Shown here in pieces: positions 25,201 to 37,000 of a DNA stretch of 64,000 nt. Position 1 is the stretch's first letter. Every line of letters starts with the position of its first letter. The translations under genes were made by a program, and so were the position numbers. The stretch spans positions 62,001 through 126,000 of the forward strand of contig DF236989.1 of the NCBI GenBank assembly GCA_000708835.1. The letters are read 5' to 3'. The notes under the pieces are model-generated. The model worked only from the letters and a program-made list of their open reading frames with translations, was not told the origin of the DNA and ran no database searches. This DNA is from Klebsormidium nitens (taxonomy: Eukaryota > Plantae > Klebsormidiophyceae).

Positions 25201-27669
25201 CACTCCCGATGACGTCATTCCTGGAGGACGACGATCGTGCTGAGACGATTTGAGGATGGCGTGTCTGAGATTTGAAGTTGCTCCATCATCGTTGTTTGAA
25301 CCGTTGACGGCCGACTAGGCTTGCCTGGTGCCATTTTGCTGACCAGAATAACAGTTCCCAAAGGCAGATTGTGAAGTTTTGAGGCAGATTATTAAGTGTT
25401 TAGGCAAATCTTCAGTCTCTATGCTTCACAAGCGTGCGTGACCAGAGATGATTGCTATGCGCAGTGACGGGGCTCCATGACATGGACGAGTTCGTTCAAG
25501 CGCAGCTCATCCTTGCAGTGAGCCTCAGCTCTGTTTTTTCCGCCTTCGGTCCTTTGCTTTACTCCAGGTGTATCCCAGTTGATTTCCTTCTTTGTTGGCT
25601 CCTTTACTTCGTTGCTCGTATCCTTGAGAACGGTGAACTGACTTGACGGACGGTTTCCGACCTTCTCCGAAGCTTGTTCGTTGCCAGGTTCGTTGCGCCT
25701 TAACTGATCGAACGGCCTGTGAAACCGCTCTTCTTTTTGCGTCAGGGATTCCAAATGGCACAGTAACGTTAAGGTCGAAGTGCAGGCATGTCGCTCTAAG
25801 CATTATACACGTTTCTATCATGGCCATCGATCTTGCTTTACTCCCTCATTTGTCCAACATCATCGTTACAGACACTTTTCGCCGCCCCTGATTGCTTCAT
25901 CGTTGTACTCTCGGGAGGACGCTAGGCATATTGAACCGGTTTGTATTACCTTCTTCATAGCTTGGTTAAGCCGTAAGCAGCTTTTTTCCACAAATTTGCA
26001 TCCTCCTCTCACGACGGGTTATCTTTTGCGTCAATACGAACCCCCCGGCTGCTTACAGGCGCTAACGATCGTGACCCACGTGCTCCGTCCGGGGGGCAAC
26101 TTCGTCGCCAAGATTTTCCGGGGGAAGGACATCAGCCTTCTCTACTCCCAGGTAAACATTCCCTGCGTTCTCCTCTTCTTAGACATTTCCAGCCACAGAT
26201 GCGTGGAAGAAGGTTCTGCAAAACTTATTCGAGGGACGGAGCTTTTCTCCGGGGAACGACTGTGTTCGTGTGATCGTGAACCGCAGATTAGTTCCTGTCA
26301 ATTCGGTGACGTGGATTGACGTGGATTGGAAGTTCTCATACGAATGGTTGTACCCTTTGGCATGCCTTACTCGCTCTAAATCGCTGACGTATCTCGTTGC
26401 AGCTCAAGATCTTCTTCCCCACGGTCACGTGTGCAAAGCCGAAGAGCAGCCGGAACTCCAGCATTGGTAAGGATGATTTGAAGCGCATGAAATTCGCCAT
26501 ACCATTCCTTCTTGTTTATCCGGCGGCGTATATCCTTTTGAAAGAGTTTGTCGCCACCCGTCGTACACCGAAAAGTTTGTTTTGAGCCGAGCTCTCCATT
26601 CCACAGACAGGAAAGGGAGCTCCTTGTTTCCCTTTTGTGTCACGGGCCCTGCATGGGCTATACCGAAGAGTGAGGGCGTGCCCTTGACTTGTTGTCGATT
26701 CTCGTTGCCGAAAGTGAAGGCTATCAGCCGACGTTTCAATACTTGGAAGCCGAGCGCTTCCAGAGAATTCACCGGAACAATCAGCGCCACGAGAGCAAAT
26801 GTTGGTTTCTCGCTTCTCACCGTGATCCCTCGAAGGCCATTGTTTCCGAAAACCCCCCGTTGCCGCTGCAGAGGCGTTTGTGGTCTGCCAAGGCTACGCC
26901 CCGCCCCCCGACTTCGAACCGGCCCTGTTACGGGGCCTGCTAGAGCAGGCGGAAGCAGCGAATGACGACGGGGCAGGTGGGCAGTTTATCAACGTCAATG
27001 GCTCCCTGCGTGACCTGCGTGCGATGTATTTCTGTTCTGACACCTGCGAATGGCTGCTCATCTGGATACGAGACATAGATCAGCCTTCAAGCAGACCGCC
27101 CACCAAAGTTCTGAAGTCGTCCCAACTGAAAGTACTCTTCCGCACCAAATATAATTGTTTGTGCTCCCAGTGAGTCTGATCGCCACCGCCGTGCAGGTTC
27201 AAAATCACAGGCCTCAGATGTTTTGAAACTGAGAGCGCACAAGAGATTGGGAAAACGGCATGATGGTATCTTTAACCTGATTAAGCGCATCGGGTGCACT
27301 TTGGACTGAAAAGGGTGCTCTTGTCAGGGCCATATTGATGACAGCATCCCGCAAGCGTTCGCGGCTTGCTTCATCCGTTGGCACTCGGTTATTCTTTGTG
27401 GGTCTCCAACCCCTCTATCTTTGTTCCTTTCAGATTGTAGCAGCTGGCGCTTCGAAGGGTCGAACAAAGTGGTCGTGCCGTTCCTTGCTTGCGGGGACCT
27501 CGCCGGCTTCGACTCCGACCAGTACTATCCTCTCGGACCAGTAGACACATCATCAAAAGGGGGTAGAAAAACGGAAGGGTACCGGTCTTTGGAACCAGTG
27601 CAACCGCCCATTGCGCCGCCTTACCGGACTGCGAAAGAGATTGAGCGGCAGGGGCTCAGAAAACACTGA
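22207..27669 (+). CDS. TRM7: FtsJ1/Trm7-family tRNA 2'-O-ribose methyltransferase, ~11 exons
   Basis: MGKASKDKR|[24 protein letters not shown]|[16 protein letters not shown]|VLSRRLY|..[21 protein letters not shown]|..[10 protein letters not shown]|[10 protein letters not shown]|..[13 protein letters not shown]|..[10 protein letters not shown]|EAFVVC|..VPFLACGDL. The K-D-K-E tetrad is present and exon phases are consistent. Confidence 0.96.
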
Positions 27670-28754
27670 CGTCCTGCTGTGTGATTCGAGTACGGTATAT
27701 TCGAGCGGGTTGGTCCAATTTTATGTTGAGTCCGTTGTTGCGGTTTCTGTGAAGGGTCAAGATAAGTTTGGTAGCCCAATCCGCACACAGTGACTTTTGT
27801 AAACTGGGGCGGGGCAGATGTGTCAACATGCAATGATTGCTCGATCCATGCCAGAACCAGGATTACGAATCCGACTGTCGTCATCCGATCAGCGTATATA
27901 GTTGCATGATTGTACCTGGCATTTTGAGTACTACCGTCGCGTTATGGTATCCAGGGCCCGGCGCCGCCTCATGCGCCTGGTAGTGAGCGTCGATCTGGCA
28001 TGCGGGTCGGATCTTCAATTTTTGATTAAATTAGTGCATGCCGCGGGCCTAGCTACGTGCAAGGTTCCTATATACTAACAGTCCGCGACGGCCGACTGTA
28101 GATGGCTTAATTGTCATCAACCTAGCTAGCTTTGAAGATTGCAACGTACTATTGATCGACCACATGTTGGGGCGGGCGGCGCCGTCGGATGATTGCTGAT
28201 ATGATTGAATCAAACAAAGGACTGACACTAGTCCCATACTATAATAGGCATGAATACTCTTGATGTGTATCATTCTAATCAGCCCCCCGGGATATCATTG
28301 GAATGATCTCTTCCATGATGGATCATAGTCCATGACACGGTACGTGCCACACTGTCTACGCGGCTACCGTGCGTCAGTATAGTGGAACTCATTCAGGCGG
28401 ATTGACACCCACTGAGTCAGCGGAAAACCACGCTCCCTTGTCCAATCCTGTGACCACGCCCGCAACCATATGGCAAAACCTCTGTCAATGCACATGCCTC
28501 AGCATAGCTGGCACTAGAAATATGTATTCCAGATGACTACACAAGCTAGATTCTAACGTGTTCCCGGTCAAATTCGACCATCCGCGGTCGCCGACATGCT
28601 TCCAAGGCTCATAGGGTCAGGTTCGCTCAACCGCCCGCATCGCGAAGCAGCTCGCTGCTCAACGGATGTGTAAACGGCTGCCCGCTGGCACTACCATCTC
28701 TGTCTAAGATCCTAGAGTGAGTAGTCACAATCACCATATTCCATGTGCCCCTGA

Positions 28755-30293
28755 TCAGCCCTGATCTTTTTGCAGCTTCTCCAGTAGGTGCTCCATCCGA
28801 TGCTTCATCACTGGCTGGCCACGTGGCGTCTTCTTATGCATCTTGACAAACGTCTGTTTGCGGGCCCGCTCGGCCGCCTCTTTCTCTTTTCGCCGCTTCT
28901 CGACTTCCCGGAGCCGCTCGAGCCGCTCCGCTTCTTGCGCAGCCCGCTTAGCGTCCGCCTCCCGTTTTAGTCTCTCCACTTGACTCAAGGGACGCGGCTT
29001 CTTCTTTCGCGGCAAGCTACCTTCGCCTCCCTCATCTTCTGTTTGTCTAAGTTGAGCCCTGGTCTCCTTGAGCTGTTTCCTTTGCGAAGTTTCGCCCTCC
29101 TGACTCTGACGACCGGCTTGGCCATCGTCCTGCCAAAGGAAAAGACTTCAAAGCTGTAGATTGATGAGATTATAAACATTGCCAGCCTAAATGATGAAAG
29201 ACAACCGAACCTGATTAGGGAATCAGCAGCAATATGCAGAATCTTGCAATATAGAGTGACCAAACCGGTGCATCTGCCCCAGATATTGAAACAAGCGGTA
29301 CGAATGCAGTCTCTCGCTGATACACAAACTAGCAGACCTGATAAGCTCAATCGTATACTCGCCGAAATGATGGCAAACATGAAACGTTGCAGTAGTAAAA
29401 AAGTATTTTGCGGAATGACAAACCCTTACCAGCGATGTTGTGTGTTGGGGAGGGTGCTCAGCTCTTGAGTCCGAGACTGGAACCTCGTCGCTTTTGAGTT
29501 GCTTTCGGAACCTGCGCACCTTTTGTGCATTCTGGATGAACTCGTGTTTTCGTTCTGCAACACAGAGCCACAAATCCTGTTCAGCCGAATTTCTCCAGCC
29601 TTGGACAGACCATTATTGCGGAAAGTTGGGGCTCTTTTCAGAGAACGAAAGATTGCCAGACTGCTGACACTGCATAAGAAAACAACGGTAGCAGTCCCCT
29701 CACTTGAGACTTTCGAATGCTCTAAGTCCCCTGACTAAAGCTTTTGAAGGCTTCAACCTCACAAAGCGACTGCTTTGAAAGCTCGCAAGAACTCAGTTTT
29801 GAAGGAACTTCTCTACTCAGCTCTGAAACTAAATGGTTGATTCGTTTTAGCAGCATAAAGTTCCAAATTGGAAGAAACATTAGGCTTGCGAGCCAAGTGA
29901 TGGACAACAGGAGCTCAATGCAAGTCAGCCCAACCCCTGTGCCGTCATCAGAAGTTGCGTCAGGGTGGTATACCAAGGTCAAAACGACCACAACTCTCAC
30001 AACCATCGTCACATTGCTTAGAGCAACTTGTCAGCAGAATCAACACATATAATATTGATATTGCTCTCGTACAAAGCCATACCAACAAATGGCGCATGTT
30101 TACAGGCACATGTTTCACAACACCACCTTTCTTCTAAAGCCACGAACTCTTGGAACATCCACACATCATTTGGATGCGAAACCTCACTCAGTTCCTTGAT
30201 GTTGTACTTGCTGGTCTTTGCATTGGCAAAGGTTTCCAGCTTCAGCGGGCCGCTGTTCAGCCGCCGCTTCTTTCTGCCCTGAGATGACTCCAT
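28755..30293 (-). CDS. FYV7: Fyv7/TAP26 (CCDC59)-like rRNA-processing protein, 3 exons (~30293-30185, ~29555-29430, 29129-28755)
   Basis: N-terminal LKLETFANAKTSKYN..KRKHEFIQNAQKVRRFRKQLK, a charged coiled region, and C-terminal KKTPRGQPVMKHRMEHLLEKLQ matching the family signature as I recall it. Confidence 0.75.
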
Positions 30294-31054
30294 TTTTGCC
30301 TGCCAACTGACTTGTATCAGCAATCTCTCCGTGTAGATACCAATTCCTCAGTGAAGCTTTTCTATGATTTGCTGTCTAATTGATACAAAGTGCTGTCCAA
30401 TGTTCCCAAATTTGGACAGCCCACAACGCCAGCCCCCCAGCAGCTCCAGGACAAGTGCTCCCTGCAAACCAACTTTCTTTGTCAGGACTCAGGCGCCTTG
30501 CCAGAAATGCTTTTCAAAACCCATCAAGGCAATTCATGTTCTTCAGCTTGAATCTAGCTGTACGTGCAAGAAGAAACGTCTTCAACAGAACAGACTTGCG
30601 GCAGCAACTGGCACAAGCACTGGCACCGGTGTCGACCTTTGTGTTGACGTTTCAAAACGTCACGGTCCGCTGAGATGCCGAGCTCTGATTGGCTCGGCTT
30701 CGCGCCAGAATTTGGTCTTGAGTGCAAGCTCGTGAGTCGTGAGTCGTGACTCAGTCGTGATCCGCCACAGAACCTTCTCTGACTAAGTTCAAGTTCTCTG
30801 TCTTCCCGGTCTTGTGAATCTGTCGCCTCAGCTTCAGGACCACGCTGGGCGCTTTCCTGCCAGGGTTTGGGTTTCTTTGAGTGCATTCAGCTGTTACAGC
30901 TGTCAGACCTGCCTGACTCCTTCTGAGATATCTGTTGATCTCAAGTACATATCGTAACACTAACAAGAAGAAAGGGCATGGCGCAACCAGGCTCTTGAAA
31001 TCTGGGGCATTTTGAGCTGCATTCCTTGCATTTGTATTGGGAGTTTCATCGAGC

Positions 31055-34000
31055 ATGGCGAGCAAGGACAAGCGCAAGAAGGGCGCCAGAGGCGATGGCG
31101 CCAGCAGCTTCAGCGGTGCGAATCCGCACGCTTCCTCTGGCGGGTGCAACTGCGAGGGCTGCTTGCGGATGCTGGCAGCCAGTGGCCGCACCGATGATCG
31201 GGATCCTTTCAACTTGCGCTTCTCTCAAATGAGACAGCGGCTGGAAAAGGTGATACCTTTATCGACCAAGTGGGTTTAGCTTTCCATTTTGTGCGATTCT
31301 GCTCAACGGATCCATCTCCATATTTTCCACCACATTGGCTTTCTTTTAGATACATTGAGATTCTGGGCCAAGTAGACACATTCCCTGCATCTGCTGAGAG
31401 GGAAAGTTGTGGCAAGCTCATACATGGTAGCTGAGAAGGTTTTTCATGCTTATGCAGCCTGGTAAGGTAGACCCATCATCAAGTCTGTCGCTTGCTAAAA
31501 CTGAGCGTTTGTTACAATGCACACCATCCACTTGTCAAAGAGACTGTGACACCTGGAAGTCAGACCTTGTAGTACCCTCTCAGGGTAGCCAAGGGTTCCT
31601 CTAGAACAGCCTACAAGCTACGAAAGTAAACCATATGTGTTTCTTTCTTGCAGTGTGTAAGAGCTGTGCCAACTCGGCTGCTGAAGGCAGGGATGAAGGG
31701 GCCCTCTCTGGCGAAGTGCCTGCAGGACCTCACTTTCATCAGGTGCGACTTGACAAGGGACAGTGTCCGAGTTTCTTTTACAGAGTATACAACTCAAGCT
31801 TTTTGGCGTCTTTCTTTGACTTGAGATGAGAAGTAGACTTGCGAAAAGCATGCCTTTGGCCAAACGGTGTTAGCCGCCTCTGTAGGCTCTATCTTGCAAA
31901 TGCACATCATCAGGATTGAGGGAAGGGGATTCAGCTTTTTGAAGTCGAACTTCATTCCTTATCGGATTGACGATGCAGGATGGAGGAGGAGTATGATCAG
32001 CAGTTGAAGGAGGCTCACGCCCTCGCAAAGTTTGACCCGGCGAGGCCCATTCTTGCGGCGGGGCTCTACTCAGAAGCCGAAGAATGTCAGGGTGAGCCAC
32101 TCACTGTGTGTTTTAGAATCTCTGGCACTGATGCAACGGACTGTGGCTCTGTAATCTGTTATATTTCAACAGGGAAGAGTGGACCCTTCAATGATGCAAA
32201 AGCTTAAGGACGTAGCGTACAAAGATCAGTGTGGGACTTAGAACAGATTAGCCAACCTTTTGGAGAAAAACCAAGCCCAGACAATGGTTCCTTTGGGGGC
32301 TTCTGCATGTTTTTGGACAAGCTTGGAGCGGAGTCTTAGGTTTTTCACTTCGGTGGTCTTGAAAAACATGAGCTAGATGACAGCGGTATTTTGCGCTCTC
32401 TCTTCCAATTCTGGACTGCTTGTCGACACTGCTTCGAAGAAACAAGGCATGCTATGTGATTCTCCTCTTAAGCAGCCTCAAGGGTGATCAGATCGTCGCT
32501 CTTGGCTCGTAACAAAGCATAATCTATTGACCGTTCGCTTGTGCAGTGGCGGCTCTCATGTGCTTCTACAGCTATGTCAAGGACGGCGACTTTGAGCGTG
32601 GCTTTCCATCGTGGTGCAACGCTCTCAAGAGGCATATGGAGCTCCTGGACTCAGAGGACTACGAGGTAAGCTTGCTTTCAATGGCCTAAAGGGTCCCAGG
32701 ACCGGAAATGTGACCGTATCGGTTCTACCGTCCTATCACAATTGCCAATTAAATTTCGTCTGTACATCATGTCACTTAATCAACCTGAATCCTTTTCAAG
32801 GGAAACAAGGAAAATGAGTCAAGAGTGGACGAAGCATAGGGTCAGAAAGGCCCAAGTCGCCGCGTCTCTTCAAGAAGATATCCCAAAGCCTGGAGTACCC
32901 TGGACGAAACACTGGGGCTGCATACGTTATGTTGCTAGTAAACTTCGCTGTAACACTCGCTCTTTCAAATTCACATAGAAGGATGCTGCACATAGGGCAC
33001 TGGTTAGAATTTTCGGATCCCTAGAGGTGGTTGGGACTTCATCCTCCTGAAACGGGTTTCGAAGGTTTCACGTCAGGAGTTGCGGTCTTACACGAAACAC
33101 CTTCGACCGTGTCCCAAACCTTCCGCGTACTTTGCATGCCGTCGGGCTGCTGGACTCGTAAGGGTTGCAAATTTTCAAGTAACAAATATTGAGTGGGCTC
33201 GAATCTGGAGTCCAAGCAGAGTGCATAACGACTCTTTACATGATTCCATTGTTTCGCAGGTGGTAAGCTATGCGGCGATGTCCATCGCACTTCTCGGCAA
33301 CTCCCCGTACTTCTGCGACGTGAACCCCACTGGAGGCCTCCAGCATCGCTTCTATGAGATAGGGGCGGTGCACAAGATGATGGCGCTCATGAGCAAGCAA
33401 CCGACGAGACGCAAGCAGAGGTGAGCTGTTCTAGGATCCTTTTTGGGTTGTTAAAGTAGGATGCAGATTACTCAGCAGAGACTTCGAGCTGTTCTCTGAG
33501 AAGCATTACGTTTGGATTCGTATGCGGCTGAAGCACGGGTGTGATCCTGGCTGAGCGCACCCTTTTGGAGGCAATAGGCATCATGTCTGATTCCGCAACT
33601 GCTTTCCCCCGATCAATAAAGGCATTGACGCGTTGATTGTTGATAATGCTTTGAGCACTAAAGTCTCTGCGGAAAGGCCCTAACTATGTTCCAGCAATCT
33701 CCCGTTTACACAGTCAATTGGCTGTAGATTTCTATGAGACAGAACGCTGCCCCTTCTTGGAATGCTGCCTCTCCTGCATCTCTATTGTTGCGACTAATTC
33801 CCTCGATAGATTCTCTTGAGAACCTGCTGTGAACTTAAACCAACTAGTAAGTCTTGTACCTTTGCTTTATGGGGGCACCCGACTACCTCGTCAAGACTTG
33901 CGCAACTCTGTCGTTTGTCCCAAAAAAGCCGCGAAGTTGGGCATTATTTGCCGCTGCCCCTGTGACCCTCCCTTAAAGCTCATGTCGAACTTGCAAGCAA

Positions 34001-37000
34001 ATCATCACTTCCGTCTCGCTTTTGAACAGGGGAACCGACACACTGGAGGTCGTTAAGATGGAGTGCTGCTACGCGCTAGCTGGGCTGCTGGCCAACTACG
34101 TCGCGCTCCGTCAACCCTGGGTTCCGGAGCGGGTTATCTCGGAACCCGCTTTTCTCGACAGTGTGATCAAGCTGACGTACTGCCCCCAGAAAGGAGGCGA
34201 AGTGCAGCGCATGGCCCTCATGTGCTTAGGTTGGTGACTCGCTTTCTCTTTCATATCTGCCCGTTCGATCATTGCTTTTGAGCTTGCCCATTCCTGGCTT
34301 CTCTGATTTGCGGCAGTGTGCTCGTCTCTTTGCCTTTGCGAAGTCGCTGTAAGATAGTACCTGGTGTTCAAACCCGACCAAGCGGCTCACTAGCTGTTGT
34401 TTCAGCACTTCTTGTCGTCACCATGCATTTGCGGACGGGGTGGTGTCTGGATTTTTTCAATTTTTGATCCCAGATGGGTGTGACCACCACATCGAGCCTT
34501 GACTGGATTCTTCATTGGACTTAGTACAAACAGTCGAACCCTGGGTTGTCACTTCTCTGAAGGTCACGCGCGAACTAAATAAGGCATGATCCCCCCAGAA
34601 ATGCTTATACAACGAGTACGGCGTCTGCCTCTCATGCCGTCTCATCTTTCAAGTCGCTCGCCTCGCTGGTCTCTCAGGGAGCATCGCCCAGATGACCGAT
34701 GATGTCAAGGCGGAGGTGGTGAGGCTGGGGGGGCGCGAAGCGGCGGAGAAGGCGCTCAAAATGCCATTTGCGGACTCGTCCGTGGTAAGCCGATATAGTC
34801 CGTTCGGACATCGACGAGGTCTTTTCTGGACCATTTTTGTTGCTAGAAGCAGTTCGCCTCTGTTACCGCTTCTTTGCTTCCTGCACGTTCGTTGATAGGT
34901 TTCTTGGGCTCTCGATTCTTAAAGCGTCTCAACTACAAGGCTTTTGAACTTCTGGTGCTCTGGACTGTTCAAATTGTCGCTAAGTTTAAGGTGAGCGATG
35001 TTCAGACTGAAAGTCCTCCCCCTCCCATTGAAGGCGGCTCGTTTTCTCCTTTCCTACGTTTTCCGAATCTCGGGATGTCGAGCCCCCCAAAGTAACCCCA
35101 CCCGTACCAGTGCGACTAACCATATTTTTTTCTCGATAATATGTTCTTGGGTCCGATGCAGGGTCGGGACCAGGAGACCAAGCGCCGGGCGGTTATCGTC
35201 ATCAAGGCGCTGATGTCAGTCGCGCCGTCAGCACCGCCCAAGAAGGTATGCTTGAAGCACGCGTTCCTCGTTTTCGTTTTCGGGATCGATGCAGCAGTCG
35301 GGGCCTGAGAACATTTTCTAGCTATCTTGATGGCTGCGAAGCTTTTTGTACCTTGGGTCTGTACGAGAACCGACACTAGCGTCTGCATAAATAGTCAGCG
35401 AGGTCGATTTTTGCAGCAAGTATAACCGTAGGTGCAATGGAAAAACCATGTAGTTGAAATGGAGCGGACCCTGTTCAAAGGAGCTTACAGTGATGTGGTT
35501 TACAACGCTTAGAAAAAAAGCTGGACTTGCTGGCATGAGCAGTGTAACTTCATGTCCCCGACTATTTTATCTCCCCCTTACCCGCCTTGGCTCCCCCTCC
35601 TCTCCATAAATTTCAAGAAAGATAATATCAAGCCTAGAAGATTTTAACCCCAGACTAACACTTTAAAACCTAACCCGAAAAGCTACCTGCTCCGCACCCC
35701 TACCCACCCTTACCCCCAAACTAACCCTACCTGCCCCAGTATAGTTACCTTATCATGATTATCTTTCTTCAAATCAACCTCCCCTCCGCAGCCGGTGCCG
35801 TCCGCCGACCAGATCGCCGCCATGAGCGTCCGCGAGCTCGAGGAGCTGCTGACGCAGCACAACGTCAGCACGCAGGGGTGCGTCGAAAAAGCGGACCTCC
35901 AGAACAAAGCGCACGCGTTGCTCGGGGGCTCTGCGTCTGATTCCGCAGCCCCGGCGGCCGCTTCCGCCGAGGAAACGAAGAGCGGAATCCCGGGAGCGGA
36001 AAGGAGGGAAAACGGCTCGCCCGGAACGGGAGTTGAGGATAAGGATGAAGTGGAGAAAAAGGAGTCAAGGGCGTGGGGGGTGGTCGACAGAAAAGTGGAC
36101 GGGCTTCCAAGTAAGCGAAACTTTTCCTTCTTCTTTTTGTCCCATCCTTTTTTTCTTTCTTTGCCTTCTCTGTAGGGAGAGTAAGATTCGAAAGAACCGC
36201 CTTCAGAGCTTCTGATGCAGAACGGTGTTCTTGGGGCCTAAGTGCAACCCATCAACTGTGGCCGGTTTTCCTCTTTTGTTTGCATGATGATGTAAGCTGG
36301 CGTCATCAGGCTTTTCGCCTTCTGAGATTTTTCCATTCCGCCACGTCAAACTGCCTCGCCTCATCCTGCCTTCGATCGGCTGAAACGCCAGCGACTGATG
36401 CCAAGAACTAGAGCGTTACCCATTTCAGTCCCTCACGTTATCAGAGTCTTTTCGCAGGCACGGTCGAGGTGCTGGCGATGCCAACCAAGGACATCCTGGC
36501 GTGGCTGCGGCGATCGGAAGCTCTGATAGCGCACTGTATATTCTTGTATTTTAACGGATGTTGGAGGCTGCTGACGTCTTTATGAATGCTTATGATGACG
36601 TCATGCCTTGTCGCAGGCACTGTCGAGGTGCTGGCGATGCCGACCAAGGACAATCCGGCGACTGGAGTTCATCACGAAGGGGCTACTTTTCTACCTCTCT
36701 TGCAACAAATCGTCGAAACTGCTGACGTCGTCATGCTGACGTCATGCTTTTCTGCAGGCACGGTTGAGGTGCTGGCGATGCCCACCAAGGACATTCTGGC
36801 GTGGCTGCGGTGGTTAGCACTGTCGGCGCTAATGCCGGATTCTCCGTATTTTCACCAGGAATACTGGTGTGACGTCATCAAAAACATTTATGCTGACGTC
36901 ATGCTTTACTGCAGGCACGGTCGAGGTGCTGGCGATGCCGACGAAAGACATTCTGGCCTGGTTGCGGCGGCTGGAGGTCAGCACGGAGGGTTGTCTGGAG

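Noticed and set aside
30731-30761. Repeated GTGAGTC/TGACTCA (bZIP-like) motifs in the FYV7/MYND divergent region
   Set aside because: Too short to separate from a small local duplication without expression or binding data.
32173-32230. Possible extra exon (GRVDPSMMQKLKD) in the MYND gene
   Set aside because: Its phase does not fit the flanking exons, which join in frame without it.
35640-35750. CTAACCC-like motifs resembling interstitial telomere repeats
   Set aside because: They are not tandem or regular, and they sit just upstream of a 3' splice site, so they are better explained as branch-point-like and C-rich intron sequence.
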